From an uncultured Methanoregulaceae archaeon (lineage in GTDB: Archaea > Halobacteriota > Methanomicrobia > Methanomicrobiales > Methanospirillaceae), in assembly GCA_963717525.1 (NCBI GenBank), contig OY970343.1, positions 1,984,001 to 2,048,000 on the forward strand: DNA of 64,000 nt, written 5' to 3'. The translations under genes and the position numbers were made by a program. Positions 9,357-20,015 of this stretch are shown one piece after another; position 1 is the first letter of the stretch, and each line of letters opens with the position of its first letter. The notes below the pieces were generated by a model that saw nothing but the letters and a program-made list of their open reading frames with translations, was not told the origin of the DNA and ran no database searches.

Positions 9357-11269
9357 AGGATCCCTCCGCCGACAACCGCGGCTGCAAACATGATAACGAT
9401 AAAGACGCTGCAGAGGCAGATGCCGACCCTTGCAAGCCTGGCCTCACCAAACCACGGGCTGACATAGTAGTTGGCGAGTTTCATCTCGGTCTTTGCCCCG
9501 AGCGCATTCTGGAAATGCATATCGGGCGTCGCCGGCACCCCGCCCATGTAGGGAGGGAGGGTCCGGTGCTTCCGGTGGGGGAGAAGGATACTGAGAGGTA
9601 AGAGGACAAGCAAAAACAGCATCATCACCATGATGAGGATGTTGTCCTGCGAGAGCAGGGCCACGCTGCCGTAGTTTGCCAGCAGGAACGGCTCGATGAG
9701 CATGGAGGAGATGACCGGGAAGATAAAGCAGGTAATGACGGTGAGCCCGGCAAGCGAGACGAGCGCTATCCACTCGTTGGTGTCGACCAGTCCCTCGACA
9801 TTCTCCGCGTCCGGTATGATCACGAGCAATTTTCCCAGCCATTTCGCCCAGAAAAAGAGGGTGAGGGCGCTCCCGAAGATCAGGATCACGACAAAGACAA
9901 GTCCGAAGGGTGCATTGATGAATGCCTGGATCGCCGCCCACTTGGAGATCAGCATCCCGAACGGTGCAAGGAACATCCCGGCGATCCCGATCGCCATGAT
10001 CGCGGCGATCCTGGGTAAACGGACAATCAGGCCGTTCATGTCCTCGATCTCCCGGCTCTTGATCCGGTGCTCGACGGTACCCACGCACAGGAACATGAGC
10101 GACTTCGAGATCGCGTGGAATATGATCAGGAGGATCGCCGCCCAGATCGCCTCGGCCGTCCCGATCCCTGCACAGGCCACGATAAGCCCGAGGTTTGCGA
10201 TCGTGGAGTACGCGAGCACCCGTTTGGCATTGGACTGAGAGATGGCGATTCCCGAAGCGATAAGGAACGTAAACGCCCCGACAAACGCGAGGGTGTACCC
10301 GATGACAGTCCCATGGAAGACCGGCGCGAACCGGACAAGGATGTAGACACCGGCCTTGACCATCGTGCTGGAATGGAGCAGGGCAGAGACCGGCGTCGGC
10401 GCCACCATCGCACCGACAAGCCACGAGGAGAACGGCATCTGGGCGGCCTTCGTGAGGCCGGCAAAGCCGATCAGGGCCGCCGGGATAAGGACAAGCACTT
10501 TCCCGGATACGAGGATCTGGTCAAGGCCGAGCATGCCGGCCGGCTGGTAGGTGAGGTAGACGATGGCAGCGGCAAACGCGATCCCGCCTAAGAGGTTCAT
10601 CCACAGGGCGGTAAACGCGTTCTTTGTCGCCTCCTCGGTCTTGGTGATCCCGATCAGGAGGAACGAACAGAGCGTGGTCACTTCCCAGAAGAAGAAGACC
10701 CAGATGAGGCTATTGGAAAAGACCAGACCGAACATCGCGGAGATGAAGACGAACATAAAAATAAAGAAGGTATTGGTCCGGTCGGGAATCCCGGTATGGT
10801 GCTGGTAGAAATGCCGCATGTAACCGAGCGAGTACACGCAGATCAGGCTCCCGATGATCCCCACGATAAGGGCCATGACGATCGAGAACTGGTCGATGAA
10901 GAGGGGAGACTTCACCGCCACCGCTGGAGTGGCGGCGGACTCAAACCAGATAATCAGCGCAGTCTCGACCAGCGTGAGGGCGATGACAAGGTAATTGCGG
11001 AACTTTATGGCAAAGCCGAGGATGATGACCGTGATCACCATCTCGAGCACGAACATCAGCAGGTTGACCGGCTCCGCGTTGAACCCGTAATACAGGGTCC
11101 CCTTGTCAAACTGGGTGACGAGGAGAATGACGGTCACCGCCCCTATTGCCAGTGCGGAGAGTTTTACAATCCAGTTCCGATCGGAATCCCGGCGCACCGC
11201 AAGCATGAAGAGCGCCGTGATCAGGGGGAACAGGATAAGAAAGAGTAACAGCTGCACGCTTATATCCAC
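9353..11269 (-). CDS. echA: Ech hydrogenase antiporter-like subunit A (NuoL-like)
   Basis: FFWEVTT, TKAAQMPFSSWL, APTPVSALLHSSTMVKAG, LAYSTI. Confidence 0.93.
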   Translation of the reverse strand: MDISVQLLLFLILFPLITALFMLAVRRDSDRNWIVKLSALAIGAVTVILLVTQFDKGTLYYGFNAEPVNLLMFVLEMVITVIILGFAIKFRNYLVIALTLVETALIIWFESAATPAVAVKSPLFIDQFSIVMALIVGIIGSLICVYSLGYMRHFYQHHTGIPDRTNTFFIFMFVFISAMFGLVFSNSLIWVFFFWEVTTLCSFLLIGITKTEEATKNAFTALWMNLLGGIAFAAAIVYLTYQPAGMLGLDQILVSGKVLVLIPAALIGFAGLTKAAQMPFSSWLVGAMVAPTPVSALLHSSTMVKAGVYILVRFAPVFHGTVIGYTLAFVGAFTFLIASGIAISQSNAKRVLAYSTIANLGLIVACAGIGTAEAIWAAILLIIFHAISKSLMFLCVGTVEHRIKSREIEDMNGLIVRLPRIAAIMAIGIAGMFLAPFGMLISKWAAIQAFINAPFGLVFVVILIFGSALTLFFWAKWLGKLLVIIPDAENVEGLVDTNEWIALVSLAGLTVITCFIFPVISSMLIEPFLLANYGSVALLSQDNILIMVMMLFLLVLLPLSILLPHRKHRTLPPYMGGVPATPDMHFQNALGAKTEMKLANYYVSPWFGEARLARVGICLCSVFIVIMFAAAVVGGGIL

Positions 11270-11715
11270 CCGCAGGAGTATGGTAATTTTTCATTATTAA
11301 TCGTATTGAATTCAACACGTTACGCCGGCAGGACCAAAAACCGCAAAAATGATCCCGGATCTCCGGATTTTCACCGGCATCAGCCCCTGTTTGTGCATAA
11401 TCGCAACCGGGGGCCGTTCGCGATCCCTCCCGCGCCGGATAATTATGATAAAAGTTTAATGTAACAAAAATGCAGTAATACTGTCCTGATGGCGGGTGGC
11501 CGGCGTGGCAGGGTCATACAGGTCCCACAAAGAACATGGCACCATCCTGAAGGGGTATCATTCACACGGGCAGGAACGAAAATCCTGCCGCGTGATCGTC
11601 AAACCTGATGTGTTATGGCCTTATTCACAGACCAGCTGTTCTGGAGAAGCATTGTGCAGAAACAGTATCGCGGTCTGTATTCCGTGGTTCCACGACATGG
11701 CAGGGAGGTCAGGGA

Positions 11716-13761
11716 ATGTTGGAAATTCCAGTTGTTGTCGGCATAAGCATTATTGCTCTGATCGTTGCGGGGATCCTCGCACGCAGTGTCCTCTCGCAGG
11801 ACGAGGGGACGCCCAAGATGAAGGAGGTCGCTGATGCAATCCGGGTGGGTGCAGAAGCATTCATCAAGCGACAGTATTCGACCATCGCAGTTCTTGCGAT
11901 CGTACTCGCCGTGGTTATCTTCTGCGTGTACTACATCACCGGTCAGCAGGCGCTGGCCGCTGACACCGCGCTTGCGTACCTCTTCGGCGCATTCTGTAGT
12001 GCCCTCGCCGGGGTCATCGGCATGTCAGTCGCCGTCCGGTCGAATGTCCGCACCGCGGCCGCAGCCCAGACGAGTGCGGCAAAAGCCCTTGAGACCTCGT
12101 TCCGGGGCGGTGCGATCTCGGGACTGATCATCGTCTCGATGTCCCTCCTGGGTGTCTCGCTCACCTACTACGCCCTTGGGGCAAACCCGCAGGTCACCCC
12201 GTTCATCATCGTCGGCTATGGCTTCGGCGCCTCGTTTGTCGCCCTCTTTGCCCAGCTCGGCGGCGGTATCTACACGAAGGCCGCTGATGTCGGTGCAGAC
12301 CTTGTGGGCAAGGTCGAGGCCGGCATCCCTGAAGACGATGTCCGGAACCCGGCCGTCATCGCAGACCTTGTCGGGGACAACGTCGGGGACTGTGCCGGCC
12401 GTGGCGCCGACCTCTTTGAGTCCACCGCAGCCGAGAACATCGGTGCGATGATCCTCGGTGTCGCGCTCTTCCCGGTCTTCGGGGAGAATGGCATTCTCTT
12501 CCCCATCGTGATGTGCGCATTCGGCCTGTTTGCAAGCATCATCGGTATCCTCACGGTCAGGGGAACGGAAAACGGCGATCCGATGGTCTCCATGAACCGG
12601 GGGTACTATATCACCGCGATCATCAGCGCAATCCTCCTGTATGTGGCAGTGAACTGGCTCCTGCAGGGCATCATCTGGTTCTACCTTGCCGGCCTAGTCG
12701 GTATCGTGCTCTCGGTGCTGTTCCTCAGGGTCACGCTCTACTACACAGACCACCACTACCGGCCCGTGCAGGAGATCGCTGACGCCTCCGAGACCGGAGC
12801 AGCCACCAACATCATTACCGGGTTCTCGGTCGCCCTCGAGACCACCGCAATCCCGGCCATCCTTATCGGCGCCGCCCTGCTCCTCGCCTACCAGTTCGGC
12901 ACAATGACCGGCATCGCGTTCGGCGGCATCTACGGGACCGCAGTCGCAACGATCGGCATGCTCTCGGTCTGCGCCTATGTCCTCGCGATGGACGCGTTTG
13001 GCCCCATCGCCGACAACGCAGGCGGCATTGTCGAAATGAGCCAGGCCCCTGAGGACGTCAGGAAACGCATGGACGCCCTTGATGCAGCCGGCAACACCAC
13101 CAAGGCACTTACCAAGGGATACGCAATTGGCAGCGCCGCTCTTGCCGTGTTCCTGCTCTTCAACGCCTACATGTCCGATATCTCCCGGCTGATCGGGAAA
13201 ACTTTTGACACTGTCAACATTGCCTCAATCCCGGTCTTTGTCGGAGCGCTCCTTGGCGCGATGCTCATCTTCCTCTTTGCAGGCTTTGCGATCCGGGCAG
13301 TCTCGAAGACCGCCCAGTATGTCATCAACGAAGTCCGCACCCAGTTCAAGGACCCGGCCATCATGGCGGGTACCAAGAAGCCCGATTACGCCCGGGTCAT
13401 CGATATCACCACGCTCGGGGCGCTCAAGAACATGGTGATCCCCGGCATTCTCGCCGTCGCATTCCCGATATTCATCGGCGTAACCATGAAGTACGAAGCG
13501 CTCGGGGGGTTCCTCCTTGTCGGGACCATCACCGGTATCCTGCTCGCCCTCATCCTCAACAATGGAGGCGGCGCATGGGACAACGCGAAGAAATACATCG
13601 AGAGCGGTGCCCATGGCGGTAAGGGCAGCGAAGCCCACAAGGCAGCCGTCATCGGCGACACGCTGGGCGACCCGTTCAAGGACACGGCAGGCCCCTCGCT
13701 CCACGTGCTCATCAAGTTACTGGCGACACTCTCGCTCGTGCTTGCACCGCTGTTTATCTGA
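11716..13761 (+). CDS. hppA: membrane-bound proton-translocating pyrophosphatase, K+-independent type
   Basis: GGGIYTKAADVGADLVGKVE, DNVGD, GNTTKA (Lys at the K+-dependence position), GDTLGDPFKDTAGP; GGAGG RBS before ATG 11716. Confidence 0.95.
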   Translation: MLEIPVVVGISIIALIVAGILARSVLSQDEGTPKMKEVADAIRVGAEAFIKRQYSTIAVLAIVLAVVIFCVYYITGQQALAADTALAYLFGAFCSALAGVIGMSVAVRSNVRTAAAAQTSAAKALETSFRGGAISGLIIVSMSLLGVSLTYYALGANPQVTPFIIVGYGFGASFVALFAQLGGGIYTKAADVGADLVGKVEAGIPEDDVRNPAVIADLVGDNVGDCAGRGADLFESTAAENIGAMILGVALFPVFGENGILFPIVMCAFGLFASIIGILTVRGTENGDPMVSMNRGYYITAIISAILLYVAVNWLLQGIIWFYLAGLVGIVLSVLFLRVTLYYTDHHYRPVQEIADASETGAATNIITGFSVALETTAIPAILIGAALLLAYQFGTMTGIAFGGIYGTAVATIGMLSVCAYVLAMDAFGPIADNAGGIVEMSQAPEDVRKRMDALDAAGNTTKALTKGYAIGSAALAVFLLFNAYMSDISRLIGKTFDTVNIASIPVFVGALLGAMLIFLFAGFAIRAVSKTAQYVINEVRTQFKDPAIMAGTKKPDYARVIDITTLGALKNMVIPGILAVAFPIFIGVTMKYEALGGFLLVGTITGILLALILNNGGGAWDNAKKYIESGAHGGKGSEAHKAAVIGDTLGDPFKDTAGPSLHVLIKLLATLSLVLAPLFI

Positions 13762-13886
13762 AAACCCTCAAAAAATACTTTTTTAGGAGGTGTGCCGGGC
13801 AAGGGATCGTATGCGGCTCCGGTATACAGGCTGCCTTCACGACACTCTGTAGTAATTCCCGATCCTGCGGCGCGTGCCAGAGGGGA

Positions 13887-14294
13887 TCAGCGATTCTTAT
13901 CAGAGAACCGGTACGCAGCCTGTACAGATCTTTTCTGGCTCGCTAGCGCTTCTTCTGCGATGAACCGGATCATGCAGTCGTTGCAGGGATCTGCGAGACC
14001 GGCACCTGAGATCGAAGAGTGCGGGTACAGCATCATGAGAGATTTCTTTGAGATTACGCGCAGGTCGGCATCATGATCCACCGCCAGTGCTTTGAGATGC
14101 CCTGCCGCCCCGGGATCGCCAAGCGTCCCGAGCATGCCGGCGGCCATCACCCTCACCCATTTATCCTCGGCTTCAAGGCCGCTCACCAGGTACTGAAAGA
14201 GGGGCTGCCGGAATTTTTTCAATGCCTCTGCAGGGTCATGGGCTGGTGATATGCCTCCGGCCCTTCTTTTATCATACGGATCGTTCGTCTTCAT
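13887..14294 (-). CDS. HEAT-repeat (PBS-lyase-like) protein
   Basis: EDKWVRVMAAGMLGTLGDP repeat; C-terminal CNDC. Confidence 0.7.
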   Translation of the reverse strand: MKTNDPYDKRRAGGISPAHDPAEALKKFRQPLFQYLVSGLEAEDKWVRVMAAGMLGTLGDPGAAGHLKALAVDHDADLRVISKKSLMMLYPHSSISGAGLADPCNDCMIRFIAEEALASQKRSVQAAYRFSDKNR

Positions 14295-14471
14295 CAGTAC
14301 CGCTCTTTTTTTCACTAAAATTGTTCTGGGACGGGGAGATCTTTTCAATATATGCACGCTGTATCTGCGTGGCATAACCCAATAACATCGTGAAGACGGG
14401 TTCTTCGGGGACAGAGGTTTGCCAAGAGATAGAAAAAACAAGAGAGTACGGATGGAAGCCAGAAGAGGGGA

Positions 14472-16694
14472 TCGAGCTGCACCCGGTCCAGCCGCAGTGC
14501 TTGCAGATCCCCTGGTTACAGCCCTCGCCAAAGTCCAGCGGGTTGTGGCACTCGGGACAGAGCCGCTGCTCCCCGGTCTTTTTGATATCCCAGTCGTTTA
14601 AGGTAGCGATGCTCTGGTTTTTTGCCGAGAGCTCGATGCACCGCCCGACCACGTCCGCGCAGGAATGGCCTTCCGAGGAGGGGTTCTTGATCGCGGAGAT
14701 ACAGTTCACTTTCGCGAACTGCTTGACAAACTTGCCGTACGGCACCCCGTTCTGGAGGCCGGTGCTGATGGCACGGCCAAGCGCGCTGCTGTTCGCGTCG
14801 CACCCCCCGCTCCCGACCGTCCGGATAAAGACCTCCATGGGCTTTCCTTCCATCAGGTTCACGGTGACGTACAGGCGGCAGCACCCCGACTGGCAGAGGT
14901 ACGTCTGCAGGCGAGCTCTTCTGGCCGGTCGATGGAGAGCGAGGGTAGCTTCTCCGGCCCCGCCCGCATACCCGATGCAGCCATGGCCGGACCTGCAGGG
15001 GATAAAACGGCGGGGCTCTTGTCTTTTAAGGAGAGCACGACATCGTCCCTGCTCCCCGTCCGGTAAATGGTAATCCCCTTGAGGCCGAGTTTCCAAGCCA
15101 TGAGGAGCGCTTCCTCGCAGTCCTCTTTTGTGGCCGAGCAGGGCATGTTGATGGTCTTACTGATGGAGGCATGGACATGCTTCTGGAAGCTGGCCTGCAT
15201 GAGGATATGGTCGCGCCACGGGATGTCGAGCGCGGTCTTGAAGAGCGAAAGGAATGCCCGGGGCAGCCACTGCAGGTCCTGCACGGTACCGGTCTCGTGA
15301 ACATGGGCGATGACCTCCTCTGTCTTCTTTGCCCGCTCGTCGCCGGCAAAACCCATCCCGGACAGGATGTTGGTGAGCGCTTCCTTAAACACCGGGTTGA
15401 CGATGACAAAGGTCTTTCCTACCGTGTTCTTCCGGGTGTAGGCAAAGGAGAAGATCGGCTCGATGCCGCTCGAGCACCCGGCCAGGAGCGAGATCGTTCC
15501 TGTCGGGGCAACCGTGGTCATCGCGGCGTTCCTGACCTTAAAGTCCTTCCAGCTGCTCCCTTTCCACGCGGGGAAGGTCCCTTTTTCCTCTGCCAGCCGG
15601 TGCGATTCGGCCACTGTGGTTTCGGTCACACCCTTCATGACCTGCTCGCACCACGCCCGCCCATCGGGAGAATCGTAGGCAAGCCCGATCATGAGCATCG
15701 CATCGTGGACACCCATGACCCCGAGGCCGATCTTCCTCGTCCTCTTCGTTGCCTCACCGATCTGCGGGATGGGAAAGACGTTCTTGTCGATCACGACGTC
15801 GAGGAACCGGGTTGCCATCCGGGCGATTTCCCGGAGCAGGTTCTCATCAAGGACACCATCGCTGACGCAGGCAGCGAGGTTGATGCTCCCCAACACGCAG
15901 CTCTCGTAGGGCAGGAGCGGCTGTTCGCCACAGGGGTTGGTGGTGTCGATATCGCCGAGCAAAGGAGTCGGGTTATGTCGGTTGATCTCGTCGTAGAAGA
16001 GGATGCCGGGTTCGCCGTTCTTCCAGATCCCTTCCACGATCCCGGTCCAGATCTGGCCGACGGTAATCTTTTCTCCCGAACCCTCGCGGGTGAGCCAGAC
16101 GGTGTCAAACTGCTTGCCGGTGACCAGATCCATGAACTTGTCGTTCACCATCACGGAGATGTTGAAGTTCGCGATCTCCCCCTCTTTTTTCTTCGCGGCG
16201 ATAAAGGAAAGGATGTCCGGGTGCCAGACATTGAGGATCCCCATATTGGCCCCCCGCCGGCGCCCGCCTTGCTTGATCACGTCGGTGGCCGCATTGAAGA
16301 CCCGCATGAACGAGATGGGGCCCGATGCAACGCCATCCGTGGACTGGACAGGAGAGCCTTCCGGCCGGATGCGCGAGAAGTTATACCCGGTCCCCCCGCC
16401 GGTCTTGTGGATGATCGCCCCTTCCTTCATCGCATCGAAAATCCCGTCGATGGTGTCCGGGACCGGAAGGGTGAAGCAGGCAGAGAGCTGCCCGATCTCG
16501 GTTCCCGCATTCATGAGGGTGGGGGAGTTGGGCAGGAAGCGCAGCGAGATCATCGCCTCGTAAAAACGGGCGCGTTCGGTCTCATCGTCTGCCAAGGCCG
16601 AGGCTACGCGGCGGCAGATATCGGTAAAATTCTTCTCCCCTTTCCGCAGGTAGCGGGCCGAGAGGATGCTGTCGACGACGGATGGTGGGTTCAT
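14472..16694 (-). CDS. nrdJ: adenosylcobalamin-dependent (class II) ribonucleotide reductase with C-terminal TSCPD/zinc-ribbon domain; frameshifted in this sequence
   Basis: FLPNSPTLMNAG, TNPCGEQPL, VAPTGTIS; frame switches near 14905 into TYLCQSGCCRLYVTVN...CPEC...CKHCGW; probable true stop about 14472 is obscured by an extra base. Confidence 0.9.
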
Positions 16695-16901
16695 GGCAGG
16701 ACCTGTGCTTGTTATTATGGAGATTTAAAAAGGACTATTCAACGGGTGAAATATTGCTCATGAAATAAGTTATAGGTTGTTGTCCGCTGCGCATATGTGC
16801 CGGCGGCTCCACCGTCGTTGAGAGAGAGTCGCCCATGAGGAACGCAGGGGATTTTCGGCTCATCAGCACGCGGACCGCGTTTCGGGGGGGCGCGGCCACG
16901 T

Positions 16902-17324
16902 TTACCGGGGGATGACCACGCGGCCGATACCGTGGATCACACCGTTGGTGCAGGCGATATCAGGCAGGGTCACGGGAGCGCCGCCGAAGACCACCACCCC
17001 GCCCGCCTCCGTGATCTCAACGGTGATGCCGAGGCGCGTCTTGGGGAAGTTCAGTTTCTTTATCGTGCTGCACGGCAGGTTGCCAAAGAGGATATGGTAC
17101 TGGAGCACCCGGAGCAGCTGCCCCTGCGGGTCTGATTCGAGCGCGGCAAGGGTTGCCGCAGGCAGCAGCCGGAAGGCCTCGTCGGTCGGCGCACAGACCG
17201 TAAACGGTCCCTTCCCGGCAAGCACCGTATCAAGGCCGGCGGCCCGGACGGCCTGTGCCATAAGGGAAAACCTCCCATCTGCAGCCAGCGTCCCGGCAAT
17301 GGTATCGGTATCGTGTGATGTCAT
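16902..17324 (-). CDS. fasciclin (FAS1) domain protein
   Basis: GPFTVCAPTDEAF, LQYHI, TNGVIHGI. Confidence 0.9.
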   Translation of the reverse strand: MTSHDTDTIAGTLAADGRFSLMAQAVRAAGLDTVLAGKGPFTVCAPTDEAFRLLPAATLAALESDPQGQLLRVLQYHILFGNLPCSTIKKLNFPKTRLGITVEITEAGGVVVFGGAPVTLPDIACTNGVIHGIGRVVIPR

Positions 17325-17385
17325 GTCAGAGTTCCCGTACAAACCCGTACTTCGTTTGTCACGGCCGGTGCATCCCCGGGATCAT

Positions 17386-17568
17386 TCAGCAGCCGGATCC
17401 CATATCGACCCTCATATCGGTTGCGAGCCGGCTGTACCTCTTCGGGTTCTCATCGAACTGCTTCTTGCAGTAGTTACAACAGAAATAATATTCAGTATCC
17501 CTGTACGTGCTCCTGAACTGGGCAATATCCTCGTCAACTATCATGAAACAGACCGGATCGGTAGCCAT
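17386..17568 (-). CDS. YHS domain protein
   Basis: MATDPVCFM...YYFCCNYCKKQFDENP; GGAGG RBS. Confidence 0.88.
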   Translation of the reverse strand: MATDPVCFMIVDEDIAQFRSTYRDTEYYFCCNYCKKQFDENPKRYSRLATDMRVDMGSGC

Positions 17569-17659
17569 GTGTGTTCCTCCTTTCGGTATCACACGATCTT
17601 GCTTATCTGCCAGATAAAGATGTGGTATATGTACCGAGGATGGGGGCGGTATCGATACC

Positions 17660-18316
17660 TTATCCCGGCAGCCCTTTCGCGAGCCTTTTGCCCATCTCAA
17701 ACGCTTTTTTGCAGTCCTCCGGGAAGACCTCCCGGCGCCTGCGGGCCTTTGCCTCCGGGTCAAACCCTGACGAGACGTATTTTGTATAATCGTCAAACTG
17801 CAGGGTATCGGTCACCATGAACCAGTCGGAGGGCCCGAAGATCCGTTCCAGCAGCATCTCGGTCAGCCGGAACTGTGCTTCGTATACCATGTCCTTTACC
17901 CGGGCTTCGTCTGCTCCCATCGTGTAGATAAACCCGGTGGGCATTTTTTTTGGAAACAGGGAGGATCGCGCCGCATCGTAGACGATGTACGGGAAGACCA
18001 GCCGTTCCAGGAATGACCGCATCTCGCCGGTCGCTGTTCCGACATAAATCGGCGAACCGAGGAGAAGGGCATCGGCGTCCAGGATCCGTTCAAGCACCGG
18101 GGTCAGGTCGTCCTGCACAGCACATTTCCCGTAGCTCTTCCCGCCCACAAGCTTGCAGGAGAAGCAGCTGGTACATCCCTTGTAGTCCAAGTCGTACAGG
18201 TGCACAAGTTCGGTTTTCGCTCCTTTGGATGCCGCCCCTTCGAGAGCGTGTCCGAGCAGCATTGCCGTATTCCACGTCTTGCGTGGGCTTCCGTTGATTG
18301 CGATAACTGTTTTCAT
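17660..18316 (-). CDS. flavodoxin family / iron-sulfur flavoprotein
   Basis: INGSPRK, CTSCFSC...C, GSPIY. Confidence 0.9.
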   Translation of the reverse strand: MKTVIAINGSPRKTWNTAMLLGHALEGAASKGAKTELVHLYDLDYKGCTSCFSCKLVGGKSYGKCAVQDDLTPVLERILDADALLLGSPIYVGTATGEMRSFLERLVFPYIVYDAARSSLFPKKMPTGFIYTMGADEARVKDMVYEAQFRLTEMLLERIFGPSDWFMVTDTLQFDDYTKYVSSGFDPEAKARRRREVFPEDCKKAFEMGKRLAKGLPG

Positions 18317-18347
18317 GATAGTCTCCTGATTGTTTTTGTGCCTAGCA

Positions 18348-19166
18348 CTACCGCCATATTACCTGCACCGGATTCCGGCGCGGGATGCCATAGGTCTTGT
18401 ACTGCGGGTGGCCGAACATTACGGCGTACGCGTAGGTGCGTCCTGCAGGGAGGGCGAGCGCCACCTGCAGGGGTTTGTGTGCTGCCGCTGCCATCGAGAG
18501 GAATCCCGCCCAGCAGGTCCCGACACCGAACGCCGGCGCAACGATATCGAAATGGGTCAGCGCGATAAGGACATCGACGGTCGCGACCGGGTTGCCCTCA
18601 GGGATGTGGGCGATCGCGAGATGGGGCGCCCCGCGGCAGACCGGGTCATACCCGGACTCCCACGCGGCGACGAGCGAGGGAATATACCCGCTCATCGGGT
18701 GGCTGCTCCCCTGTAACGTCTTCATCCAGTCAATAGAAAGACCGGCAAGCCTGTGAACCTCTGTGGGATCATGCACGATCAGCCACTGGACCGGCTGTCC
18801 GTTGCCGCCGGAAGCGGCGTACCGTGCGATATCGAGGATCCCGGCTACCGTCTCCCGGGGGACGGGTTCTTTGGTGAAGTGGCGGACAGACCGGCGCCTT
18901 TTCAGGTACACACCGAGATCTTCAGCTGAGATGATCCCTGCACCGGCCGGAAGGCTGGTTTTCTCATCCGGGAGGTAATTTAAGAGGAGCGCCTGCGACG
19001 GGCACGAGACCTCGCAGTGCCCGCACCGGATGCACATACCGGCCCGTGCGTCCTGCACCCGGGGCAGTGAATTCTCATCCGCCGGGTCGACGATCGAGAC
19101 CGGGCAGACGACTGAGCAGATCCCGCACCGGGTGCAGAGATCCTGGTTGACGAGGATTGTGGCCAT
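18348..19166 (-). CDS. nitroreductase with N-terminal 2x[4Fe-4S] domain
   Basis: CTRCGICSVVCP, CIRCGHCEVSCP, RRSVRHF, ASGGNGQP, GVGTCW. Confidence 0.92.
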   Translation of the reverse strand: MATILVNQDLCTRCGICSVVCPVSIVDPADENSLPRVQDARAGMCIRCGHCEVSCPSQALLLNYLPDEKTSLPAGAGIISAEDLGVYLKRRRSVRHFTKEPVPRETVAGILDIARYAASGGNGQPVQWLIVHDPTEVHRLAGLSIDWMKTLQGSSHPMSGYIPSLVAAWESGYDPVCRGAPHLAIAHIPEGNPVATVDVLIALTHFDIVAPAFGVGTCWAGFLSMAAAAHKPLQVALALPAGRTYAYAVMFGHPQYKTYGIPRRNPVQVIWR

Positions 19167-19278
19167 ACCAATTTCGTCCGTTCTGTGTATTGTTATAAAG
19201 GATATCGTTTTTTATCGTTATCTAAACCTTCATGGTACAGCACCTATCCCTTATCCCCCGGTCCATCCTACCCTTTTC

Positions 19279-20007
19279 ATGGACCCGGTGATCGTACGTA
19301 TCCGGCAGGAACTCGAAAGTCTCGCGGATGAGAAGACCCGCACCACGTCGCAGCGGTTCTTTAAAGAGGGGATCTCCTGTTATGGGATTAAGACCCCGGG
19401 GGTTACAGCCCTTGCAAAAAAATACTGGACGGAGATCCAATCCCGGAAAAAAGAGGAGATCTTCGCCCTCTGCGAAGAGCTGTACCGGTCGAGACAGCTC
19501 GAGGAGTCTTTTATCGTCTCAACCTGGGCGTATGCCCTCTCCGGGCGGTACGAAGAGAAGGATCTTGCGGTGTTCCGGCGCTGGATCGATACGTACATCA
19601 CCAACTGGGCCTCGTGCGATGGGTTCTGCAACCATACGATGGGAGCGTTCATCGAACGATATCCCCGATACACCGCCGAACTGAAACAATGGACGCAGTC
19701 AAAAAACCGGTGGATGCGCCGGGCGGCAGCAGTCTCGCTTATTGTCCCGGCCAAGCACGGCACATTCCTTCCCGAGGCAATCGAAATCGCTGATCTTCTC
19801 CTGGCCGACAGCGACGACATGGTGCAGAAAGGCTATGGCTGGCTCCTCAAGGAGGCCAGCCGGCACCACCAGAGAGAGGTGTTTGAGTACGTTATGCGAA
19901 ACAGGGGGGTTATGCCCCGGACAGCCCTGCGGTACGCGATCGAGCTGATGCCAAAAGAGCTCAAAGAAGAAGCGATGAAAAGAGCGTGGACACCAATAAA
20001 AAAGTAA
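19279..20007 (+). CDS. DNA alkylation repair protein (AlkD family)
   Basis: YGIKTP, NWASCDG, NRWMRRAA, MVQKGYGWLLKE, RTALRYAIE. Confidence 0.9.
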   Translation: MDPVIVRIRQELESLADEKTRTTSQRFFKEGISCYGIKTPGVTALAKKYWTEIQSRKKEEIFALCEELYRSRQLEESFIVSTWAYALSGRYEEKDLAVFRRWIDTYITNWASCDGFCNHTMGAFIERYPRYTAELKQWTQSKNRWMRRAAAVSLIVPAKHGTFLPEAIEIADLLLADSDDMVQKGYGWLLKEASRHHQREVFEYVMRNRGVMPRTALRYAIELMPKELKEEAMKRAWTPIKK

Positions 20008-20015
20008 GCGCCGGG

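Noticed and set aside
14859..14930. Programmed frameshift or natural split (NrdJa/NrdJb) in nrdJ
   Set aside because: No slippery heptamer and no separate start for the downstream part; a single added base restores a continuous protein, and many similar indels occur in this window
15171..16763. 530-aa plus-strand ORF
   Set aside because: Antisense shadow of nrdJ, expected in GC-rich coding DNA; no recognisable motifs
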